From positions 17,077-81,076 of the forward strand of contig FLMG01000211.1 of the NCBI GenBank assembly GCA_900088475.1: a DNA stretch of 64,000 nucleotides, given 5' to 3'. The translations under genes were made by a program, and so were the position numbers. Position 1 is the stretch's first letter, and the number at the start of each line of letters is the position of its first letter. This document shows, one piece after another, positions 10,410 to 21,431 of the stretch. The notes below the pieces were generated by a model. The model was not told the DNA's origin. It did not search any database and was given only the letters and a program-made list of their open reading frames with translations. This DNA is from Hyphochytrium catenoides. Lineage: Eukaryota > Protista > Hyphochytriomycota.

Positions 10410-13143
10410 TCTCAATCTCCGCCATGGTACGACTGAGCTTTAGGAAAGTAAATAAGCCAAGAGATAGCCAGCGGACTTGGTAGGTAGTAGGAGGTAAGAA
10501 TGAGAAGCGACTACCACCTCAGGTAGGAAAGCTAATGCTAGGAGCCGCTCTTCTTCGTATAGCTTGGCGGTACCTTGGTGCCTATTGCCCACTTTAGCAC
10601 ATTAACTAGTCAATGTATGATTCTTGCCTTGAGATTGCAGTGAACAGCAACCTGCCTGTCCCTTACGAGCAAGAAGATAATGAACGAGGTAACTTGTTGC
10701 TTGGCGTCGCGCCGGTCGAGTCCTCATAGTTGATGGTGACGCTCAACTCCTCTGAAAGTGCTCAGGAGCTGAGGCGTCTCTTTAGGGCCGATCTACTACG
10801 CCATTGCTATTTCCTTCAACCTTTAATAAGTCTTTAAGTGCTATAAGAAGAGGTGATGGAGGGTCGATGAACGCCTTGCTGATGTGAAGAGCGGACGGAG
10901 TATCACTTTCCAAGAGTTAGTGTGACTTCACGAAGTGGTATTCAATAGAAGATGTACCACATGGCGGCAACACCTGGCTCCCTAGTCGGCGCTGTCATGC
11001 TGCCTGGATCTCGTCGCCGGAAAGGAGTTCTTAAAGCAGAGTTTGCGAGATGATACCGTCACATCTAGTCCTAGTGGCACTACTGAACACTACTGAGCAC
11101 TTAGGATGACCAAGTAGGCAGAGCGGCGAGTGTATCGTACATAACTAGAGTTTGCTGACGAGAGGAGGGATGGGGTCGTCTTTTGGGTCACCGTGGTGGG
11201 TTCAACATCATCAGATTATCATCATAATTTGTCACCATTTGACTTTCTTTCATCACCGACTTTGACCTGTTTGGGGACCTGGCGCTCGTCTGTCGCTGGG
11301 CATCGATGCAGGATCCTACGCCATGACGGATGGCGGAATCTTGTACTTGGCCCTGTTCGTTCTTCGCAGGACTTGGCGAGGAGCTGATCCCCGGACAGGG
11401 TAATACCCAAGGATGGTCGTCGCCCGGGTGACCTGATTGAGGGCTTTGAGCCTCAGAAAGTCTGCACGCTCTTCAACGTTACTGTCTCTGATAGGCTGCA
11501 CCCTAACACCTTGCTTCATGCAGCAGCAGCTCAGACAAAGTTCGTCGTGGAGCATGCGCATAGGAGCAAAGTCGCCCTCCACGAGGAGTGCGCAGATCAA
11601 GGCTACAGTTCCTGGCCCTTGGCATCGAAGTCCTTTGATGGGGGCACGGAGACGGTTCAGTCCACGGTGAAAGAGTGGGTTAAGGAAATCTCTGACAACA
11701 GGTAGGTGTGTGGCAGCGTGGGACTTCCTCCGTCTTCTCTCACTGCGACCGCTTATAGAAGACCAATCTCTTTTCTCGTGCAACGCTGCAATAACAATGG
11801 GAAGAAGGACTTCCTTTGATTGCTCCTGCAGCCGTGCCACAGGGAGATGCGGTCCTCCCTCTCCAGCAGAAGTAGGTCAACTTCTGCGAGCTGCTTTCTG
11901 CAGGGCTTCTGTAACCAACTCCTTCCTTGCTTCGGCAGCTTTATCTCTCACTGTTTGTCATCTTCTTGTTTGACAGCCTTGATGCCTTTTGTTGCCCGTC
12001 TTCATTCAGCCTTCTAAGGCTTATTCTAAATGTTATCTCGTAACGAAGAGTACTTCCCACCTCGAAAGTGCTGTGTTCTTCTTGGGTTTAGGTTTGGGGG
12101 GGGAGGGGGGGTCTGTGACTGTCTGGTGGGACGACGACCCATCATGTGCTCAGGTTTTGGACAGGTGAAGCCACCGTCTCATCGGCTTACCCTCGTCCTA
12201 CCAGCAGACTTAGTTCTACGAGTACTGAATGAACGCAGATGCAAGTAGTAGGAGAACTAGTGGTGGGTTGGGGTCAGTAGAAGACTATCTAGTGCTGCTG
12301 TGATGATAGTGAACGCTGGTGAACGCTGCTGCAGCCACTAGGTGGGTGCCGATGGTGATTATGTCAGTCTGAGCGAGCCCTTGTCTCTAATATAGCCCAG
12401 CACACTGCTCGACGATAAGATCAACGTCTCAAGGTGTAACAGGAAACAGTGAGACGAGGAACCTGGTCAACATCATGAAGGACACAAAGATGATGGCAAA
12501 CACCAATGGAGGAACAGCTGAAGGAACTTCATCTCTCTTGACCTCCACCGTCTCTAACATTCTTCCGCCGCCATATTACCATCATTATTGAGGACGCTGG
12601 TGAGACATATGTCAGCATCAGGACCACCGGCAGTCATCCAACCATTCAAAATTCTTCTCTTCCTCCTTCCTCTTCGCCCTCGCTTATAAAGGTACTCCTT
12701 CTCGCACTACTTAGCAGCCTGGGCCACTTCTTTCCCATGCGTTCGGCCCTCTTGCCGTGCTACTGGCAAGTGATAGAGCTCGCGACACCCTGCGAGTTCA
12801 TATCTTCCTAATAATAGATATCATACCACCTCTACGACACTCTTCTATCTGCCACCAAAAAACACTGGCGGATCGGACTGCAGCAGTCTAACTTCTCGGG
12901 CATAACTCTTCTTCCTTGACAGCTCTGCCGCAAAGGAAGCTCGGAGCACTGAAGAACAGAAGAGAGCGAGCAATTACTTATTGAACTCGTCGTCGTCGTC
13001 TGCTACGTCCCCCATAGCAGCTGCAAGGCAACAGCATCAAAAAGTCTGCCCCAAAACACCTCACAACCACCACCACTCTCCACAGCAGTAATTTCGTCTC
13101 TGAACAGACCCAACGCCATCACAAATCTCCACTACCGACGACC

Positions 13144-14562
13144 ATGCAAACGACACGCCGCCACGGGCTTGTCTTCATTACCATTACTGCTCTGCAATGG
13201 CTTCTGTTCTGGGGCAGCAGCATGAGAAATCTTTGCTCAGCGGTTCCACTACTGAACGCCAACCACCACGCGAGCAACCAGGTCTCGCGTGACCACCTCA
13301 TCGCAATCAGTAAGGACAGGGATGGTGGTACAGGAGGAAGGACAGCGCCACTGCTGGGCTTCCGGAACCTCACAGCTGCGAGTAGCTTCATCTCGTCCGC
13401 AACGAAAGATGAGGAGACTGATGAGGACTTTGAGCAACGAGCATGCGAAGAGTCATTTCCTCCTCGCCCGCTAAATCAGACTGGCGGCGATCATCATAGC
13501 AATAGCACCTCAACAGATAGCACCTATTATTTTGACCATGTGAGGAGAGTGCCTCGCGAGGAATGTGACGCCACATATTCCCTTTGGGAGCAGCAGTGTG
13601 AGGCGGATGCCCGCAAAGGGCAAGCCATGTTGTCCTTCTTTCTCAATCCAAGTGAAGAAGACGATAACCGCAAAAAGCCCTATTCCTGTCGTCGCTGTAA
13701 CGACGAAGTTGACAAGGTATGGCAGATAAATATGCGTGAGGGGGTCGTGGAATGGACTTATTATTATTCACTGGATGATGAGACTGAAAGGCGCAAGATC
13801 AAGTCGGAAGTAATGGGTGGCCTCTTTTTACCGGGCGAAAGAACACGCTTGCAGTTTCTCTCTTATCAAGAGGGAAACACGCGACCATTCTGCTGCAAGG
13901 CCATTCAGACGAGAGCGTTGCCTCCTCGGGCCGTAGAGGGAGAGCCTACACCAAAATGTGACAGTCTTGGCGGTCTTTATCCTCGAAGATTGCCCCATTA
14001 TCCGGTTTCCTATACTTATGCCGTTAAACTCTTTGACCAGTGCATGGCGGCTTGCAAAAAGACCCAAGGAGCAATTTACTTGGCTGGATGTGACTTTGCC
14101 TTCGAACGGTGCCTGGGGCGAACGACTAGAGTGGTCTATCAGCAAGAGGTGGGAGATAAGGAAGCAGAGTATATGGAAGATATCTTTTGCTCCCGTCGAG
14201 GAAACAGCTATATAATCAACTTCAACAAGGAGGAAGTCTTCACTATGGAGCTAGAGAACAACGACATGCTAACATGCTATCTCGATGGACCTTGGCTGAC
14301 CAGCAAGCCTCCGAGGGAAGACAGCTTTGTCAAATATGACCCAAGCAAAAGGGGTACAGGAAGCCCAATAATACTTCCACCTTCTTCTAATAATGACCCT
14401 GGCGAAAACGGGAGAATCTCTCCCTCGTCCGCTGCTGCCAATTCTCGGTGGTGGCGTGGCTCCTCTTTCACACTGCTCAACGACTTCAATGTGTGTCGCC
14501 TGCCTATAGGGGAGACAGCAAGCATCTTGGTCGCCATTTTTACGGTGCTGCTAATGTTTTGA
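13144..14562 (+). CDS. Secreted cysteine-rich protein with probable GPI-anchor signal, paralog B (472 aa, intronless)
   Basis: Signal peptide (GLVFITITALQWLLFWG). Shares WEQQCE, CRRC, KVWQI, YPVS, GAIY, RVVY, RRGN, KEEV.TME and LTCYLDGPWLT with paralog A. Hydrophobic C-terminus (ASILVAIFTVLLMF). Confidence 0.88.
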   Translation: MQTTRRHGLVFITITALQWLLFWGSSMRNLCSAVPLLNANHHASNQVSRDHLIAISKDRDGGTGGRTAPLLGFRNLTAASSFISSATKDEETDEDFEQRACEESFPPRPLNQTGGDHHSNSTSTDSTYYFDHVRRVPREECDATYSLWEQQCEADARKGQAMLSFFLNPSEEDDNRKKPYSCRRCNDEVDKVWQINMREGVVEWTYYYSLDDETERRKIKSEVMGGLFLPGERTRLQFLSYQEGNTRPFCCKAIQTRALPPRAVEGEPTPKCDSLGGLYPRRLPHYPVSYTYAVKLFDQCMAACKKTQGAIYLAGCDFAFERCLGRTTRVVYQQEVGDKEAEYMEDIFCSRRGNSYIINFNKEEVFTMELENNDMLTCYLDGPWLTSKPPREDSFVKYDPSKRGTGSPIILPPSSNNDPGENGRISPSSAAANSRWWRGSSFTLLNDFNVCRLPIGETASILVAIFTVLLMF

Positions 14563-15463
14563 TGACCACAGCAGCAGTGGCTGCTATCAAAAAGGTCGTG
14601 GGGGTTATTTGAGGAGAGTAGTAGAGCAGCACCAGCAGCCGTACGTACATCTTGGAAGTTCTATCACTGACAAGAAAGTATGCGCTAACAAAAAATAATG
14701 AGCAATCGGCGGTCTCCGCTCCATCAGCAACAGATAGCAGTAACGATCAAGATGCTCATGTCCATGTGTTTGGTTTTTTTTTGTTTTTTTAATGTTCAAA
14801 CAGCAGCAGCAACTGATTCCACCTTTTTCACCCTCCAGTGCGAGGCTTGATGATCATCGACAGCAGCTTGCAGAGAAGAAGAAGCAGACATGACTGTCGA
14901 GGGTAACATCAATACCCAATGTAGACTCTATCTAATTATAAAGATACTCTAATTACTGTCGTCTCAACAAACGGCTGGATGTCGGCAGTAGTAGTTGACC
15001 TAACAGACAACGATGATGATGATGTTGGCTGTTCTCTAAAAGTTCTGCTTCGAAAGTAAGGCAGGGGCCCTTCGAAACAAGAACATTGAGGAAGGAGCAA
15101 GTTCCTAGTAGGTTTTTTGCCAGCAGCATAACTGACAATCCGAATGATGGTTCTTGTTGTTGTTGGTGGGGAGAGGATTGAGCAATGCTGCTCGCTTGCA
15201 CACAGAAGTAGCAAGCAGGATAGCTACTTTGAACGCGACGCTCCTCTCGAAGCCTCTACGCCCGTCGTGGCAGCCCACCACTAAGCGTAAAATGTATACT
15301 ATGCGAGCATACCTAATTATCATCCTTGAGCAAAGGATGATGTCAGACTGTAATAGAGGATTGTATTCCTAAACTGTTCACTCTCCCCGCAGCATCATTG
15401 TTGCTCCTCCTCATTCACCAGAAGAAAGAACCACCGGTCTGACTTCCCGCTGCAAAAAGGATG

Positions 15464-15533
15464 GAAGATGGACTGTGGCTTGTGGACAGGAGAGAAGAAG
15501 ATGGACTGTGGCTTGTGGACAGGAGAGAAGAAG
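15464..15533. repeat. Perfect tandem duplication of a 33-bp unit (about 2.1 copies)
   Basis: gaagatggactgtggcttgtggacaggagagaa occurs at 15464 and at 15497. Confidence 0.95.
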
Positions 15534-16092
15534 GCACAGGGCGTTCCTCATCCATCACCATACACTCGTCGCCAGCGGATGCAAGGCAACAGATCGCATC
15601 GTGAAGCAGCTGTCCTTCGCCAAAACAGCAGGCGCAGGCTGGTCCTGGTCGGACAGCTGTAGAGAAAAAAGATGTTTGAGTTTTTATAGAGATCTTTATG
15701 AGATCCCAAGGCGTTGTCCTTGCTGGGGAATAAATGTTAGAGAAAGGAGGGAAAGGAGGGGGGTTTCTGGAGTTCTTTGTAATTTCGGGTGTGATCTAGC
15801 CGTTGGAGGCTTTAGGTATGGAGCTTGTTTTAGGAGGCATCATGAAGATCTTTGGAGGATCCCATCATCATCAACATTGAAGAAGCGCTGATCTTCTTGA
15901 TCAAGGAAGACCATGAACGAGACTGCTGGTGGCGTTTCTAACGTAGCGGCAATGACACAGAGAGCCCGCTGGTTAAGGTTCTCGTGAACAACAAGTTGTT
16001 TCTTCCAGTTGGTCAGCATCAGCATCCGGCATAATTAGAGGAGGACGAGGACTATAGTTTAGTAGTAGTAGCAGGAGGAGCGAGGAGGATCG

Positions 16093-17102
16093 ATGAGAGC
16101 AGTCTTTGGCACGTCAGCGTTCGGCCAGTCAATCGTGATAATGGAGGATGGAGCGATTCCACCAGTGAGAATGGTGCTCACAGCAGTGACCATATGTCTC
16201 GGGATGTGCTCCCTACTCCAGGTCCTGTGGAATTGGCTTCTCGCAGAGGTGCTCAGAGGAAAGACGTCATCATGCTGGTAAGCGATTGAAGGCGAAATCG
16301 CATACTTCTTGCTGAATTAACCGACCATCACCTCTCTCGGCATACTATTAGCCAGGTGGTGCAATTAAGAATCTTGGCAGCATACACTTGCCACCTCATC
16401 ATCCACACAGCTCACTTCGCCGACAACATTGCGCGACCAGTTAGTTACTTTGAACCTGAATGGCTTTATAACCACTACGTGGTCTCGACAATGGAGATCA
16501 CCTTCTTCTTCAATATACCGCTCTCGATCTTTGGGGCACGAACGGCTCTGGCACTGCTTCGGGCCTATTCCGAAGAAGACCCGACCACGACAGATAGCCA
16601 GAAGGAACCACCAGACGGCATTCAGCAACAAAGCAATAAAAATTATAGAAAGAAGCTGTGCTTATGCAAGAGTATGCTGTTCTACACCTCGGCCTCTTTG
16701 CTGACACTCATGCACTACATGGTGGAACCTCCAACCTCATACGAGCCATTCGTCAACTTCACAATTGCTGGTGAAGGTGCAGCGGCCGTCGTACTAGCGG
16801 CTGTCATAGGCAACCTGCAACGTAGCCTTCTTGCGGACAATCGCACAACTTTCCTGCAACTAGTAGGAAGGGAACCATGCGACGTGAACGGTTCGGGTAA
16901 GAACGTGGTGGCTACAATTGATGTCAACACCGAATTTGGTTCGTCTTCATCGTCGGATGAGTCCTCCAACAATGACGAGCAAAGGAACGACAACAACAAG
17001 CGGACCCACAAAGGCACCTCTCTTTCTGTAAGAAGGCGCTCACCCGTTGAACGAGGTCGGCGACATAATTCAGCCGGTCATCAGCTATCGGAGCTCTCCT
17101 GA
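16093..17102 (+). CDS. Uncharacterised membrane protein with HxxDN, HY and E motifs; probably 2 exons (intron about 16278-16351)
   Basis: Two adjacent ORFs can be joined in frame by a GT...AG intron. Hydrophobic segments flank HTAHFADN, YFEPEW, LMHYMVEP and IAGEG. Low-complexity C-terminal tail. Confidence 0.7.
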
Positions 17103-18241
17103 AAGGCCAGGCAGCACCAGTGGTAAGTGTACCTTATCAAAGACTTACATACAGGAGAAAAAGGAAGGCAAGAACTAGTAGGAGGAGTACGACTGCTGTC
17201 CATCCTCCTCCATTCATACAGTGAACTTAGATCGATGTTGTTGTCATAGTCCGCCTTCTTCATCAATTGAACGATCCGATCCGCCACAGTATCCCTTAAC
17301 TACCTGCTGCAGCAGCTGCAGGTCAAACCTTTCTTCTATGGTTGTCATTCTTCTAAGTGGTAGTAGTGTCAGCTATCGTCGGCTTCCCTTTTTTTGGTCG
17401 ACGCAGGGAACACACACCTCGCTTCTCCTCGCCGGCGTGCTCAACCAGAGCAAGGTGGGCGTTAATCAATAATAAACCAACGACCAGGGCACGACATGGT
17501 GCTGCTGGTGGGTCCTTTTTTTTGATATAGCAACGACTTCTGCTCCGTTTCTTGATGAGACCCCGTTGTCGTCGTTGGCGGCGTCCGCTGCTCCAATCAT
17601 GATGAAGCTTGCTTCTCGAGGAAGCACAACTATGACCGCCTTAATTAGCCATGACTCTCACCCCAGGTCACCTTCGTTCCTTAGCTTTAACGTCGTAATA
17701 ACAAGCATCTCTGGGATAACCTTTCCACAAACCAAGAGCCCGAGGAGCGAGCACCACCATGGTGCTATCCCTTGATCATTACAGTAGTGATCGCCATTTC
17801 TCGCTACGCCAGTCAACTCCCTACAGCTGTGTAATAAGCCCATGAGCCCGACAATAAAGCTCCTTCTGCAGTTGGCGTTGTTATTATGACCACCTTCCAG
17901 CTCTAGAACTCAAAGCAGCAGGAGGAAGAAGCACGATTAGTTCTTTCTCACCAGACTCTCACAATAATGTAGCCTTTCCCCTATACTCTTTGTATGGAGC
18001 AAAACCTTGCACAAAACCTTCAGGAAGATGACTTCCTTTTAGAAGGCCTCGGGGCAGATCTTGCAAGACCTGCAGTGATAAGCACCCCTACCTGTGCGTC
18101 GTCGATGTATCAGTTGTTTGATTTGATCAGAGCACTCTAATGACTAATGAAACGCGTACTGTAATTTACAGGGTGAGGAAAGCTTCAAAGATGGTGGCGA
18201 AATTAACACCAGCTGCGTGCTGCATGCTTGCCACAATTATT

Positions 18242-18258
18242 GTACTGCTGTACTGTAC
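18242..18258. promoter_or_regulatory. GTAC cluster (3 copies in 17 bp, another at 18156), candidate cis-element
   Basis: tgtactgctgtactgtacc. Function is not established. Confidence 0.3.
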
Positions 18259-18967
18259 CAGCAATAGTTCAAGGTTTCAATTACTGTAGTCCAAATGTCT
18301 TTTTGTGAAAGATTCCTGTCAGCTTGTTACTGCACTGAGGTTTAGCAAGAGAGGGAAGGGAGGGGGGAACCGTTGGTGCTGTTCCCTACAGTGCGTTAGA
18401 TGCCTCGGGAGACATGGGTACAAGGGGCGAAGCAACAATCCATTGCCTGTTCGCTGTTCCCTTGTTCGCACTTCCAGCTACCTGCTTCTTGCTGCCACGG
18501 CGTTCAGAAGCAAGAAGCTTCCACACACAGGAGAGGAGAATGCATTGAGATCTTTCGTAGTCCAGTTAAGAAGTAGGTAGCTCCTCCTTGTCCTTCAATG
18601 GATGGACTGAGCCAATGACGGCAAAAGAATAGCACCTCTGCTCTATCTTACCCACCAGCAGATGGATGTAGGGCAGCAGTTCTATTATATATTGATGCTC
18701 GGATCAGCTTCTTCCTGCATGAAAGAAAGGAAGAGTCATCTCTTAAGAGTTGTCCACACACACAGAAGCTTATCTAAGTAGAAGACTAGGGCCATTGAGC
18801 AATCGGCCGACAAGACGAGAAGTCTCAGAAAAAGATCGAATCCAGAATTCTTTATAACCTTATCGTGCTCAAGCTGTCGTCATTGAAGTAGCTGTCTTCT
18901 TACAGTCCTTATTATCAGTTTCCTGTCCTGAGATATATCCCCAATCTTAGCGTTCACAGAAGCAAAG

Positions 18968-19885
18968 ATGGTGACTATCTCTAGCATCACGCAGCCAGCG
19001 GAACAGTTGAAGCACCAACTGCAATCTCAAGGTTACTGGACCACCGATGATGAAGCCAAGCGCCGAGTCTTAAACCGCATCAGATGGATGTCCTCAGAAC
19101 TGGATAGGAAGTGGAAGTGAGTGCTCTTTGCCCACCCCTGCCTCATTGATATTCGGATAGAACTTGGTTTTTCTTGTTAGGGATCTGTTTCAAGAACATT
19201 GCTGATGCTCCTCAATAGTGTAGCCGTCAAATATGATTGCCCTTACGGCTGTATCTTGTTGTGGGTGCCGCTTCTGACCTTAAGATTGATGTAGAGTCTG
19301 CGGCTGGTGGCGCGTGGGTTATGACTCTCTTCTCTCCATTATTCCCGGCGGGGCTTTCATTGCTATGGGGTTCTCCATTTACCTCTACGCACTGGCCGCC
19401 CGTTTTGAACTACCTGCCTGGGATCGGGCAGTGATGCTCGCAAGGATTTTGTTTGACACCTTGATAGGTTCAATTCCTATAATTGGATGTAGGTCGCATT
19501 TCTACACATATCCTCATGGCATATCCCGCTATCTCTCTCCGTTCTTGTCTTCTTTGAACCACCAGTTCTCTTCAGCTATCCTCCTTCATGCATGGCCATT
19601 AGTTGTGTCTCCTCTTCTACTCCGCTCTCACTTATCTGTCTCCTTTCTGCAGGGTTTGCGGACTCATTGTATAAGGCAAACATTAGAAATATGCAGACTC
19701 TTGAGAAGACTCTTATCACAACTCTGCCACCGAATGATGTGGCGAAGCTAGGAATTGCTGTGGGACCAGATGGACAGCCCTATGATTTGCTGTCGGAACA
19801 CGACGACGGCAAGAAAGCGGATGAAATTATCCGGAGAAGCTGGGAGGAAGACAATGACCTCACCAACCAAAGAAAGGTTCAGTAA
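18968..19885 (+). CDS. DUF4112-family membrane protein, 3 exons (18968-19116, 19295-19488, 19653-19885)
   Basis: Spliced product reads RIRWMSSELDRKWKVCGWWRVGYDSLLSIIPG...MLARILFDTLIGSIPIIGWFADSLYKANIRNMQTLE, matching the DUF4112 pattern. Both GT-AG introns are phase-consistent. Confidence 0.85.
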
Positions 19886-20749
19886 GCAGCAGGAAACGCT
19901 TATCATCAGCTGCTTCGAGAGGAGAAGAAGAGCGGGGATTGAAGATGTACACTATGGAGGAACGGTGATGCTGAGTGTAAATTTGAGCAATTGCCCAGCG
20001 AAGTTTAGGACGTGGGAGGGAAGAAAAAGTTTACCCGTCAGAACGAGGATAAGGACCTGAGATGAAGCTGCTGAGAGATATGAGAGAGAAGAGCGCACAT
20101 CGGTTCTATATGACGAGCCGGGTTAAGAAGAAAGCAGCAAGAGGAAAGGCCGCAGGCCCTACTGTTGTATAAAAAAAACTGAAAATCATGGTGCTACTTC
20201 TGAGCGCAAGCCACAATGTCAAAAGGATGCCTCGGTGACGCTAGACACTCTCTAAGAGAAAGCCTGGGGCCTATGATAGGCCTCCTCCAAGAGGAAAAAA
20301 AGCCTGGGCCTAAGACCGGGAATGTAGCTTGAAATGCTATGCCTCTAATAATTAGCCAAAAGGCCACTTTTGTTGCACCAAGCATTGCAGATAATAATGT
20401 GCCATCGTCAACAGATACTATTGCCATCTGGGAATGAAGCTCAACCTGATAAAACAATAATGTGCAACTTAACCTGAGTACGACTCATCAGAAGGACCTT
20501 ATAATGCTTGAGGTCGATGCCATCCGAGAATTATCAAACCTAGCAACTTGAAGAACGAAACCCGAAGCGAAGATCTGGAGGAAGTCAACGCGGATGATGA
20601 CTCAACAGCGTGGTCTATCAGCTCATCAGAAGCCATGAGCTCTGACCAACAAGTGATGATGGAAGTGGTGATGATGATGATGGCGCCAGCTGCCTGCCAG
20701 CGGCCGACGACGAGATGATCATGAAGACAACAAGACTGCTGCACTACGA

Positions 20750-20780
20750 GTACAGTACTACTTGGTACCTCCCTCCGTAC
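20750..20780. promoter_or_regulatory. GTAC cluster (4 copies in 31 bp) upstream of UBE2W, candidate cis-element
   Basis: GTAC at 20750, 20755, 20765 and 20777, plus one at 20879. Confidence 0.3.
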
Positions 20781-20960
20781 CCCAACTGAAATGAAGTATC
20801 ACCCTGCTTACAAAAGTGCGCCCCTTTCCCAACGCCCATTTTTCTGAGTCGTTTACTTCACACTAGTTCCTACACACAGTACAAGAATGTGCGCACCTTT
20901 CTTTTTAGATGGCGGCGTTACCGGCTCCCTGGCCACAAACAGTCATTTGTCTTCCCTCCT

Positions 20961-21171
20961 CTTTGCCTCCTCTCTCTCTCTCTCTCTCCTAGTTTCCTCC
21001 ATCCCAAGCTCTTGCTGCTTCTCTCTCGCTTTATAATTGTCTCTCTCGCGCGTGTGCTCTCTCTCTCGCTCGCTCGCTCTCGCTCTTGCTCTCTGGTTCG
21101 CTGTCTCTCGCGCTATCTCATCTCTCTCTCTCTCTCCTGTCCCTCACTCGCATCTCTCTGTCTCTGTCTCT
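20961..21171 (+). repeat. Imperfect (CT)n/(CTCG)n polypyrimidine microsatellite upstream of UBE2W
   Basis: Directly visible ctctctctctc...gctcgctcgctctcgc runs. Confidence 0.9.
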
Positions 21172-21431
21172 CGAACCATCACGTGCCCAAACTGTTACTT
21201 GCTCGCCTCTATCTGAACCGACCAAGAAGCTCCTTCCCTCCTCTCGAGGTTGATGAGAAAGAGTCTGATCAGCACTAGCACTACCAAGAAATCTCCGACT
21301 CAAGGATAAGACCAAACGAGCAGGGATATTAATATTGCAAGACAAGAGAAGACCGCGTGTCAAGAAACAGCTGGGGAGAGGTGTGGAAGGAGCCTTTCCC
21401 CGCGGAGTGCGAAGTCTCATCTGCCCTAGGA

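Noticed and set aside
11316-11840. 174-aa ORF containing LKALNQVT...YYPV, reminiscent of the Ty3/gypsy RT motif DYRALNKVT...YPLP
   Set aside because: No downstream RT motifs (DL..G(Y/F)HQ, MPFG, YxDD), no LTRs and no integrase are visible. Too little similarity to call.
18484-18518. 10-bp inverted repeat (gcttcttgct...agcaagaagc) hairpin
   Set aside because: About one or two such stems are expected by chance in 64 kb, and there is no other RNA-gene context.
20889-21278. Hydrophobic Leu/Ser-rich ORFs (also 53960-54367, 57536-57799, 62295-62783)
   Set aside because: Artefacts of translating (CT)n tracts.
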